Shown: positions 27,242 through 39,068 of the stretch, piece after piece
How positions within the stretch are numbered: the stretch's first letter is position 1
Layout: the number at the start of each line of letters is the position of its first letter
Assembly (NCBI GenBank): GCA_951406725.2
Contig: OX597815.1
Coordinates: forward strand, 107,136,001-107,200,000
From: Octopus vulgaris
Lineage: Eukaryota
Direction: 5' to 3'
DNA: 64,000 nucleotides
The notes under the pieces: generated by a model
Seen by the model: only the letters and a program-made list of their open reading frames with translations
Database searches by the model: none
What the model was told of the DNA's origin: nothing
Translations under genes and position numbers: made by a program

Positions 27242-27885
27242 GAGTGAAAGAGCAGTGCATGCCATCAAAGTGACACTGGGGTTAAGGTCAAACAACTGAC
27301 CAGCAAATATGTGGTATTGAGCAATATACGAAGCCCATTATACCCATCATAACTATCCGTCTGATAAGTGTACACTAGGCACATGCATCAAAACCATGTG
27401 CGTGACATGGTGATCTCATATCAAGATAAACAGTGCATGACCTTGCAGGTGGGGTCCAATTAGAATTTTCTTCTGGTCGAGTAGCCCATCCCGCTCAAAA
27501 GGTCCCTGAATAAGGGTTGTTTAAGGATGTTGAACGAAACACCCATTTTTCAAGCCCCAAAGAATCCCTCTCAACACATGACTATGATGCTCCCCCACTA
27601 CTTCTGCTCGTGGTCAGAGATGCACATATCGTCAGCCACTAAGGGACATGCTCAACTGGTTATGGTCAAACAACTGACACGCAAATCTGTGGTATTGAGC
27701 AGAATATTTGCTGTAGCCCATCTTTTATACCAAGACAAAACAATGTACATGATAACACTTCCAATCAGTTAAGATCAGAAGCCATGAGAGCCACTGCCTG
27801 GTACTGCATCAGGGCAAGCCACTAAGGGACATGCTCAACTGGTTAAGGTCAAACAACTGACCAGCAAATATGTGGTATTGAGCAA
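27242..27885 (-). mobile_element. (TAA)n-associated retroelement 3' segment, copy 1
   Basis: Reverse complement of 28958-29432. Its 3' end ...CTTTCACTC abuts the TAA/TTA array. Confidence 0.75.
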
Positions 27886-27984
27886 TTATTATTCGGTGTT
27901 GAGCTGGCAGAATTGTTAGCACGCCGGGCAAAATGATTAGCAGTACTTCCCAAAATATCAGGCCTTGTGTCTATAGTAGAAATG

Positions 27985-28026
<42 letters not shown>

Positions 28027-28124
28027 GAATGAGGAATGAAATCGCTCTCAGAGGTTAAATGGAAGAAATAATGATGGTGATGATGATGATGATAACAACA
28101 ACAACAACAACAATAATAATAATG

Positions 28125-28179
<55 letters not shown>

Positions 28180-28182
28180 GAG

Positions 28183-28587
28183 TACACCTTAACTAGTTGA
28201 GCATGTCCCTTAGTGGCTGACGATATGTGCATCTCTGATCACGAGAAGTAGTGGGGGAGCATCATAGCCATGTATTGAGAGGGATTCTTTGGGGTTTGAA
28301 TAATTCACGTCTGGAAACATGGGCGTTTCGTTTAAAATCCTTAAACGATCCTTATTCAGGGACCTTTTGAGTGGGATGGGCTACTCGACATGAAGAAAAT
28401 TCTAACTGGGCCCCACCTGCAAGGTCATGCGCTGTTTATCTTGATATGAGATCACAATGTCGCGCACATATGGTTGTGATGCATGTGCCTGGTGTACCCA
28501 TATCAGACGGGTAGTCATGATGGGTATACTGGGCTTCATATATTTTACCCCAGTGTCACTTTGATGGCATGCACTGCTCACTCACTC
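28183..28587 (+). mobile_element. (TAA)n-associated retroelement 3' segment, copy 2
   Basis: Highly similar to copies 1 and 3, with a different 5' truncation point and TAA on both sides. Confidence 0.75.
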
Positions 28588-28869
28588 AATAATAATAATA
28601 ATAATGATTTCAATTTTTTGCCACAAGGGCATCTTGTGGGGAGGGGAGATTAAGTCAATTACATCGATCTAGTGCGCAACTGGTACTTATTTAATCGACG
28701 TCGAAAGGATGAAAGGCAAAATCGATCTAGGCGGAATTTGAACTGAGTTTGAATTTGAACTGAATTTGGACTGAAGTGACCGCCTTAATAATAATAATAT
28801 GGGATCCATAATGGATATGCTCTCTCACTCAATGATGATGATAATAATAACAACAACAACAACAACAAC

Positions 28870-28915
<46 letters not shown>

Positions 28916-28956
28916 TGCTCTCACATTCATTGATGATAATAACAATAATAATAATA

Positions 28957-29432
28957 GTCTTGGTATAAAAGATGGGCTACAGCAAATATTCTGCTCAATA
29001 CCACAGATTTGCTTGTCAGTTGTTTGACCTTAACCAGTTGAGCATGTCCCTTAGTGGCTGACGATATGTGCACCTCTGATCACGAGCAGAAGTAGTGGGG
29101 GAGCATCATAGCCATGTGTTGAGAGGGATTCTTTGGGGTTTGAATAGTTCACCTCTGGAAACATGGGTGGTTCTTTCAACATCCTTAAACAACCCTTATT
29201 CAGGGACCGTTTGAGCGGGATGGGCTACTCAACCTGAAGAAAATTCTAACTGAGCCCCACCTGCAAGGTCATGTGCTGTTTATCTTGATATGAGATCACC
29301 ATGTCGCGCACATATGGTTGTGATGCATGTGCCTTGGTGTACCTTTATCAGACGGGTAGTCATGATGGGTATATTGGGCTACGTATATTTTACCCCAGTG
29401 TCACTTTGATGGCATGAACTGCTCTCTCACTC
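28957..29432 (+). mobile_element. (TAA)n-associated retroelement 3' segment, copy 3
   Basis: Ends GCTCTCTCACTC-AATAATAA, with TAA repeats on the 5' side. Confidence 0.75.
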
Positions 29433-29465
<33 letters not shown>

Positions 29466-29785
29466 AATAATTTTCATCACAACCACTGTCATCATCGTCG
29501 TCGTCGTCGTCATCATTGTCATCATCGTCTTCCTCCTCCTCCTCCTCCTCCTCCTCCTCATCATCATCATCATCATCATCATCATCACCATCACCATCAT
29601 TGTCATCGTTGTCGTTTTTGTCATTGCAGATACTTTTACTGTTGTTATTGCTATTGTTGTCACTGATATTATTATTTGTAAAGCACTCCATTCAACAATT
29701 TTAATTCATTTTATGCTTATCCAGTCGACATTCTTGTTTTCCCGTTAGCAAGTCGCTGTTACTACAGCTGCTGCTGCTGCTGCTG

Positions 29786-29842
<57 letters not shown>

Positions 29843-29910
29843 TCACTCTCTCTCTCTCTCTCTCTCTCTTTAAATGAATGAATGAATAAATAAATAAATA
29901 AATAAATAAG
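29433..29910. repeat. Compound microsatellite block (AAT, ATC, CCT, CTG, CTA, CT, AAAT)
   Basis: Seen directly. It is the source of the poly-D/E/S/I/V ORFs. Confidence 0.92.
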
Positions 29911-30114
29911 TAAGGATCCTGTATAGTCTTACATTCCATTTATTTCTAGGCCATTGCCTAAAGAATCCAAGATAGAATATCACGCCGGATTGGACCGGAT
30001 CGCAGGGGGGGGATCGGATCAGTTTTTATTTTTACTTCCATAATTAAGACATACGGATATCTTTATTAATAGAAGGAAGAATGAAGGAATAGAGGGCTGG
30101 AAGGAAGAAAGGGG

Positions 30115-30951
<837 letters not shown>

Positions 30952-31133
30952 CTCCTACACGCATTTTTTTCTCTCCTTGTTTCTCTCCTTGTTTTTTTTC
31001 TGTGTATTTTTCTGTCGAAGAGCGTAGGCTCGAAACGTAAAGGACTCTTTCTATTCCTGAGCGCTATACTAATACACTTGTTTGTTTGTACTCCACCTAC
31101 CTTCGTCTTTTGTTTATTTTCGTAAACTTCCCT
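30952..31133 (+). mobile_element. Short Penelope-LTR-like element with HHR-like motif, inserted in (TA)n
   Basis: TTTT CTGTCGA A GAGC GTAG GCTC GAAA CG TA AAGG at 31008-31043, with (TA)n on both sides. A partial reverse copy lies at about 56272-56374. Confidence 0.6.
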
Positions 31134-31301
31134 ATATATATATATATATATGCATATATATATGCATATATATATATGTATACACTATATATGTGTATGT
31201 ATGTGTGTATATAAGTGTATATATATATATATATATATATATGCATATATATATGTGTGTGTGTATGTATATATGTATGTATATCTATATCATATATCCA
31301 T

Positions 31302-31340
<39 letters not shown>

Positions 31341-31465
31341 CGTACATACATACATACATACATACATACATACATACATACATACATACATACATACATA
31401 CATACATACATACATACATACATACATACATACATACATACATACATACATACATACATACATAC

Positions 31466-31803
31466 ATCAACGGAACAGCCTGCTCGTGAAATTAACGTGT
31501 AAGTGGCTGAGCACTCCACAGACACGTGTACCCTTAACGTAGTTCTCGGGGATATTCAGCGTGACACAGAGAGTGACAAGGCCGACCCTTTGAAATACAG
31601 GTACAACAGAAACAGGAAGTAAGAGTGAGAGAAAGTTGTGGTGAAAGAGTACAGCAGGGATCACCACCATCCCTTGCCGGAGCATCGTGGAGCTTTAGGT
31701 GTTTTTCGCTCAATAAACACTCACAACGCCCGGTCTGGGCATCGAAACCGCGATCCTACGACCGCGAGTCCGCTGCCCTAACCACTGGGCCATTGCGCCT
31801 CCA
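31466..31803 (-). mobile_element. Near full-length tRNA-derived SINE (family B)
   Basis: A-box TGGCCCAGTGG and B-box-like GGTTTCGATGCC. It runs into a (TATG)n array. Confidence 0.85.
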
Positions 31804-31809
31804 AATGTA

Positions 31810-32803
31810 AGTACAATTACAATCAACACATTTTTGCCAATGAACTACAAGTTTATTTATTCCGGTAACGTAAAAGTCAGGCGTTCTGTAGCTAATGAAC
31901 TCTTTGAACGCACTTTCAGCATCGGCATTAGAAATTGCTTATAGCATTTTTAGTATCACTGATGTCATGACGAAAACATTTTTTAAACAGGCAACACTAA
32001 TGGAGATTTAAAAAAAAAATTTTATTGTCTATTTCTTATTTTCACGATGGCCGGTCGGTTGACTGTTCAGGAGCGAGCTAAGATAGCTGCACGCTATGAA
32101 GCGTGGAATTCCATTGTTTTTGGTTCAGAGGCGGTGGCGTGCATAGAAAAGCAAGCATGCATCACTACATTCGGAGACAATAAGAAGTTGTCATGCAAAG
32201 CTGATGACCACGAATTCTGTGAACGATGCAAGAAGTGGCCGTCCAACCACGTCCAAATCAGCGGAGAACGTAGCAACAGTGCAGGAAATGTTTAATCGCA
32301 GCCCGCAAAAAATCAACATGTCAGGCAGCTCGTGAAAGTGAACTAACAAGACACACAATACGTACGGTCTTGCATAAAGAATTGAATTTTCGTCCGTAGA
32401 AACTCCATTACGTGCAGGAGCTAAAACCTCATGTCTGTGACCGCAGAAGTCCAGAAGTCCAGAAGTCCAGAAATCCAAGAGGCCAGATCTCACTCCTTGT
32501 GATTTTTACCTGTGGGATTACACAAAAGAGACGGTATACAAGACAAAATCTCGCACACTTGGGACACGGATTTAGGAGGGTCTCAATGATATCCAACACA
32601 GTGACCTTCAGAAGGTTGTTCATTCCATCCCTGGCCGTTTGTGGAAATTGCTTGACGCCACTGGTGCTCACTTTAAAATATGAAGATTTACTTTTATCTT
32701 CCGATGTTGTAAAGGACATGTATCATTTATTTCAATAAATTTGTAAACGGATTATGGATTTTATTGCCAATTTATAATGCCTACTTACTTTTCACACACC
32801 CTG
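31810..32803 (+). mobile_element. Internally deleted Tc1/mariner-superfamily transposon
   Basis: N-terminal helix-turn-helix MAGRLTVQERAKIAARYEAWNSIV, PDLTPCDFYLW at about 32484-32516, and a right end ...TTTTCACACACCCTG. Confidence 0.8.
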
Positions 32804-32807
32804 TGTA

Positions 32808-32993
32808 CCGTTTTTTTCCCTCTGTCTTCTCTTCTCTGGATCTTTCCTTCTCCTATGTTTCCGACGAAGAGCTCCGCTCGAAACGTTAAACCCTCCTTCT
32901 TCCCTTCCTTCCTGAGCGTCCAATAATACTAAATTTGTTCTACGTCCTCGCGTTGTTGTGTTTTCTCATTGTGTTTTCATGTTTGGATTAACT
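32808..32993 (+). mobile_element. Short Penelope-LTR-like element with HHR-like motif (copy 1 of pair)
   Basis: GTTT CCGACGA A GAGC TCC GCTC GAAA CG TT AAAC at 32857-32891. It ends in (TA)n. Confidence 0.65.
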
Positions 32994-33010
32994 ATATATA
33001 TATATATATA

Positions 33011-33126
33011 TGGATCAAAACAGTTTGATTCAAATTCGTTGGTACTCTTGAGTTTCAAGCGCGATGCTAGCCGTCGCACTTGAAACTCAAAGTACCAACG
33101 AATTTGAATCAATCTGTTTTGATCCA
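33011..33126. repeat. ~116-bp imperfect palindrome (hairpin MITE-like)
   Basis: TGGATCAAAACAGTTTGATTCAAATTCGTTGGTACT... pairs with ...AGTACCAACGAATTTGAATCAATCTGTTTTGATCCA, with TA flanks. Confidence 0.85.
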
Positions 33127-33234
33127 TACATGTAACTCCCAATAAATTGGTTGAGTGCCCTTCTTTCGTTTGTTCATTCACTCGTATATATATATATATG
33201 TATACCGATCTCTTGAGCACCACCAGCAAAAATA

Positions 33235-33408
33235 TTTTTTTCCTCTGTCTTCCCTTCTTGGGATCTTTCCTTCTCCTTGTTTCCGACAAAGAGCTCCGCT
33301 CGAAACGTTAAACCCTCCTTCCCTTCTTTCCTGAGCGTCAAATAATACTTTAATTGTTCCACGTCCTCGCGTTGCAGTTTTTTCTGTGTTTTCTTGTTTG
33401 GATTAACT
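33235..33408 (+). mobile_element. Short Penelope-LTR-like element with HHR-like motif (copy 2 of pair)
   Basis: GTTT CCGACAA A GAGC TCC GCTC GAAA CG TT AAAC at 33279-33313. It is a direct repeat of 32808-32993. Confidence 0.65.
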
Positions 33409-33447
33409 ATATATATATATATATATATCTGTGTGTATGTGCGCGTG

Positions 33448-33489
<42 letters not shown>

Positions 33490-33849
33490 GATGTATCGAT
33501 GGATTGATGATACTGTGGTATTGTAAATTTAAAACAAAAAATTAACTTATTAAATACTGAACACCTTCGTGGATTTTATAATTATATAATTTGAGGGCTT
33601 TGCAACATTTACTTACATACCTATATACGTACATATATACATACATACATACATACACACATACATACATACATACATATATATATACATCAATACATAC
33701 ATACATACATACATACATACATACATACATACATACATACATACATACATACTTGTCTAATATCAGTAGTTAATATAATATTGATATACTGCAAGGAATA
33801 TTAAAAGGCTAAGACGGTTTTATTACGACTTCGTATACCAACTGGTGTT

Positions 33850-35430
33850 GATTGTCTATTGTTTGACAAGGGAAAATAAAATTGTTCAATGAATCAATTA
33901 CTTAGTAATGCCATTTCAGAGGCGCCATTTAATGTTACCACATTTATTAATACAGGGATCATTAAAAATTAACAAGAAATAATTAGTGGCTTTGCAACAC
34001 AGGCCTTCAAATATACTTTACTGGTGTAGAACATTCTGATAAAAGAATATGAGCATCTTTTCATAAAATTAGTTTCTCACATTGGTATTAACATTCATAT
34101 TATAAGAACGGTAGATGTTCCTAATGTACCAGGAGTGTAGACGTAGTGACTGTATAAGACTGTGTTTAAATGTTTTTAATTGTGATGTTCCTTTTAACCA
34201 GATTTTTGATACCGAGGATAGATAATTTGTCTTGTTTTCAATTTTCATTATTCATGCGAAATGAATATATTCATTTTTGAGATTTAGATTTTCATCGTTG
34301 TTGTTATAATTTTTCGATATTATGGAGCTTAGCTGTTAGAAATCTAAACAAATTTCTGAGGAGAAATTTTCTGCCATTATGCAATGATAGGGTGGAAAAG
34401 ATTTAAAACGAACATGAAAGATAATATGCAATATTAATAATCACTTTCTTAAAATGTCCTATTATGTTCACTCGTCAGCTGCTTTTGTCTCTTCTGGAAA
34501 TGTTCAGTCGCTAAGTCTTCTTTGTTGCGTCGTATGTGATGCTTTAGGATGGGAGATTAGATCTATAATAGATCTCAAGCATTGTGATCTTTTGTATCTG
34601 AGTCAGTCTCGTTCCCCTTTGTTAAGCTATTAGTGGCAATGCATACGTGTTTGATGGTAACAGTAATGTTCTTACTATTCATTTCACAATTAAGTACTTT
34701 GAAAAATGTTAAGTGACCAAGCTGTATACTTTCTCTTCTCTGCAGTTGTAAATTTTTATTTATTAGACTAAATGACATTTTAATTTCTCAGTAGACTGCT
34801 TGACGATAACCCTGATTTTCAAGTTGCAGATTATTTGCTGAATACCATTTAAAGACGTTCATAATCATCAGTAGTGAGTGAGCATTGCCTTGAAATATTA
34901 CCTTGAAATATTCATTACCTTGAAATATTCCAACGGATAGTTTCTCAAACTAGCGTTTACTATCGTGATATCAATATTAGCAACTATTCACCAGTTCCCT
35001 CACGCCAAAGCTGACTGAAAGAATGTTCTATATAGTAAATACAAATCCATCAGGTTCTTATTTATGTAATATAGTGAAATGATCAACTTCGATCAATTGA
35101 GAATAACCAAACAAATGAAGTGATACCAAATACTTCTACAGTTAGTGGGGGTGTTAGACCTCAGTTGTTCTCTAGTTTAACCGCCAGACTTGGGCGTATT
35201 TAGTGGAGTCTACTATGATTTGAACATTCAGGTGCAATGTCTCTATTTAGAAGAGATCAATATCGCCCTCTACGTTTATCCCGAATATCTCAGAATCTAT
35301 ACACAATGTCGCTAGTGCTGTTCTTCCACCTTTAACTAACCCATAAAAAAAATCATTTCTGAGTACTTTCTCTCATCTCACTACCTTGTTGTTTATAAGG
35401 AGTAAGTATTGATACCATATTTTTTTCTGC
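33850..35430 (-). mobile_element. Heavily decayed Penelope-like RT relic
   Basis: The minus strand gives FYGLVK at about 35330-35348 (cf. FYGLPKIHK) and INKNLQLQRRESIQLGHLTFFKVL (cf. I..NIQFT.E.E..G.LPFLDVL), in the expected order. Confidence 0.5.
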
Positions 35431-36004
35431 TCCACTCTACGATGAGTTGTTTTGGTTATTTCTAAGTGTCGTATTTGTGTGTGTGTGCGTGTGTGCGTGC
35501 CTATCTATCTATCTATCTGTCTGTCTGTCTGTCTGCCTCTCCCCCTCCCCCCTCTCTCTAGCTTTCACACTTTCTCTGGTTTAAAATGTCAGTCTATTGC
35601 AATACGTGACCATGGAAATGATTCTAAGCCAGCTCTACTCAGAAGCATTTACTTTATGGACAGCAATATCTTATACGGGCTTCTTTTGCCAAAGAGTTAA
35701 GTGTCTTTTTCGAGAAACAGTATCAACATTGATAAAACCAATAATCATTGATCTGGTGACGATGAAAGGAAGTAACAGTTATTGCTGACGGAATCGTAAT
35801 CACGCCGGGCGAAATGATTAGCGACATTTCGTCCATCTTTATGTTCTCAGTTTAAATTCCTCTAAGGTTGACTTTACTTTTCATTTCTTCGAGGTCGATA
35901 AAATAAGTACCAGTTGAGTATTTGGGCCAATGTAATCGACTTACTCCCACTCTTGAAAATGCTGGCCTTGTGCCAAAATTTGAAATTAATGTTACTAATA
36001 TCAA

Positions 36005-36385
36005 GACGTGGCTGTGTGATAAGAAGCTTGTTTCCCAACCACACGTGGGCAAGTTTCTTCTACTATAGCATGGGGCCGTCCAAAGCCTTTTGAGTGGATT
36101 TGGTAGACGGAAACTAAAAGAAGCCTGTCGTATATGTATATATGTATATATATATGTGTGTGTGTCTTTGTGTCTGTATTCCTCCACTCCCTCACTATCG
36201 CTTGATAACCGATGTTGGTGTGTTTACTTCCCCCGTAACTTAGCGGTTCGGCGGAAGTGACCAATAGAATAAGTATTTGGCGTACAAAGAATAAGTCCTG
36301 GGGTCGATTTCTTCGACTAAAACCCTTTAAGGGGGTGCTCCAGCATGGCCACAGTCAAATGACTGAAACAAGTAAAAGAATAGAA
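36005..36385 (+). mobile_element. SINE family A copy
   Basis: Head, internal TA/TG tract and tail GGTGCTCCAGCATGGCCACAGTCAAATGACTGAAACAAGTAAAAGA. Confidence 0.85.
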
Positions 36386-36589
36386 GAATACAGTAGTGAT
36401 ACTAACAATCTTATCAACAATGTAACAACAACAAGAGCAACAATTAATAACATTATTGGCAGTAGTAGCAGCAGCAATAAAGAAATAACAAGAACACGGA
36501 AAATAAAATGCGTTATTCAAAATCTCTTTGGTGGAGTGTACCTTCTTTTCCAGATAAGAGAGAAAGGTTAAAAAGCGAAACAAAAAAAA

Positions 36590-37340
36590 ATCTCACTCAG
36601 ATGTCGTGATTCGGATATCCATCCATTCCGAAGGAAACTCGGAAAATTTAATATCTTTCACCGAAGTAATTACAACTAGAGTATGAAGCGCAACAGCCTG
36701 AATGAGAGGATGCAATGCATTAAATCAAAATATTTTTCGTGTGGTATCTGACATAGCTCCTAGGCTTGAAAGCAAACATAAAGATGAGGCAGGGAAAAAC
36801 AGCACGAACACCAAAAACAAAAGAAGACCATGGATGAAATTGTAACAATGCAATTATTTCAAATCATCTAGGAAGATGGTAAAACTCCAATTCTAAAGAA
36901 GGCAATAGTTCTTCTCTGGGATCACAAGACACTACTTCTCAAAATCTTCTCACGACAACGAAAGGAGGACTGCAACAATAAGAAAAATAACAGCAGCAAC
37001 ATTTTTCAGAGACTTAATGAAATTTCTCTTCTTTGCAACAAGACCTATTCGTATTGGAAAATGAACGGCTAAAGATAGGATGTTAGACATAGAAAAGTGT
37101 GGATAATAAACCACAAATAGACATTAAAAGAAAGCATAAGAAGTTTCGATATTTGTTGTTGAAGAAACAATAAGAGGTTGATGAGTAAGTTTGAGGCTGC
37201 AAGAAATAACGTCTTTACGGTGATGGGCGGGGATACATCCCCTGGTCACGACGGAATAACTTACAAGAACAGAATGTTGATGCAAATACGATTCCGTTTT
37301 AGATAACAGTAAACAACGATGCTCTCGTATGAGTTGGTGA
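36590..37340 (+). mobile_element. Decayed L1/Tx1-like ORF2 fragment
   Basis: A-rich coding-like strand with TSPGHDGITY at about 37235-37265 (cf. KSPGPDG at the start of RT). Confidence 0.45.
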
Positions 37341-38003
37341 ACTCATTTACTTTTAATGAAAAGATGGCAACTTTTTTTTTTTACTCTATCTAGGAAGAAC
37401 AGTTGCATAAAAGTGTATGGACTAGAAATCGATCGGAAAACGAGATTTGTCGAGCAGTCGCAGGATTTTCTAAGAAATGCAGCAGCTGTTGCTGAAACTT
37501 GAGTTGCCTTTTTTTTTCTCCCCTTGCTCGGTACTTATTTCATCCTTTTTCAAAGATATGAAATACAGAGTAAACATTGGTGTTAGAAGGGTTAACTAAG
37601 TTGGATATGAACAACGCAGGCTACTTCTGTTTAAATGTACCATTTATCACTCCATGTCATCATAAAACACATACGCAAAAAGACCAGTTTATACACATAC
37701 ACACGTTTATACATGTTTATACACATACACACATACACGCACACTCGCTTGCTCGCACGCACGCACGCACGAAAGCACGCACACACACGCACACACACAC
37801 ACACATTCACACCGATGTGAATATGCCTAGTGAAGGAGATTTAACAATATCGAAATATCTCCATTTTGGTTTTGAAGACAAGCTCCATTCTTTAGTGTTT
37901 TGTCCTTCTGTCCCAAACTTGGAAAGTGCACCGTAGACTTATTGAATCAAATCCACCATGATTGTGAAACGAACTTAAACCATAGAACCATATCTGCTCT
38001 GTT

Positions 38004-38312
38004 GTATGTATGTATGTATGTATGTATGTATGTATGTATGTATGTATGTATGTATGTATGTATGTATGTATGTATATAATTATGTATGTATATCATTATG
38101 TATGTATGTATATAATTATGTATATATATAATTATGTATGTATATAATTATGTATGTATGTATGTATGTATGTATGTATGTATGTATGTATGTATGTATG
38201 TATGTATGTATGTATGTATGCATGCATGCATGCATGCATGTATGTATGTATGTATGTATGTATGTATGTATGTATGTATGTATGTATGTATGTTTGTATG
38301 TATGTATGTATG
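38004..38312. repeat. (TATG)n microsatellite
   Basis: Seen directly. Similar (CATA)n arrays lie at about 31336-31466, 33630-33752 and 53556-53725. Confidence 0.95.
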
Positions 38313-38815
38313 AACATATTCAATCGGTAGAGAATTACTAAAGTGACACAAGACTGAGATTTTCGAGCGTCCGGAGGGTGGCTTCTTTTACCGGAAATTA
38401 GCTAAAAAATGACATTGTCCGTAAGTGTAGACACGAAAAACATACATGATTTCTCTGTCACGGTAAGTTACGACTGGGAGGCTTGGAAGGCGTTGATACA
38501 AATTTGTAACGTAAAATATCATTTACCGGATGTTATTCTAAGAAACAAAAAGCAACTCAATTTACTGTTCCAACATCCAGAATCTGTAGAAATTATTTTG
38601 CCCGTTCTCATTTCCAGAAGCAAATTCCGCAGCAACTGTAATCAAATTTTAAAAAAATATTTATTGGCAAGATGAAAGGCAAAGTTGAACTCAAATCCCT
38701 CCAATATCAGCTTTACTGTTCATCGTTGCAGATTCGTTAACATAAAGTACTAGTCAAAGCACTGAAATCGATGCTTTCGACTACACCTTTGCCTCAAAAT
38801 TCCTGGAAGAAATAA

Positions 38816-39068
38816 GAAATGTTTCCTTCTGGAGCCATGCCAGGTTCATAAGGGCCGGTTTCCCGGTTTCAGTGGCGTATAAATTCCCCACTTGGATGGG
38901 ATGCCGATCCGTCGCAGGATTACTCATTTTTGCCAGCTGAGTTGCCGGGAGCAACGTGAAATGAAATGTTTTGCTTAAGAACACAACGCATCGCCCAGTC
39001 CAGGAATCGAAACCACAATCTTATGATCATGAGTCCAACACCCTAACCACTAAGCCACGCGCCTCCAC
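38816..39068 (-). mobile_element. tRNA-derived SINE with Meta/V-like central domain (family D)
   Basis: Head TGGAGGCGCGTGGCTTAGTGGTTAGG and core CCTGCGACGGATCGGCATCCCATCC...GAAACCGGGAAACCGGCCC. A deleted copy lies at about 63367-63510 (+). Confidence 0.75.

Noticed and set aside
29427-29748. Acidic, poly-Ser and hydrophobic ORFs
   Set aside because: All frames derive from ATC/CCT/AAT repeats.
31730-31803. tRNA-like sequences (also at 18083, 39000 and 43292)
   Set aside because: These are SINE heads continuing into SINE bodies, with no complete cloverleaf or acceptor stem.
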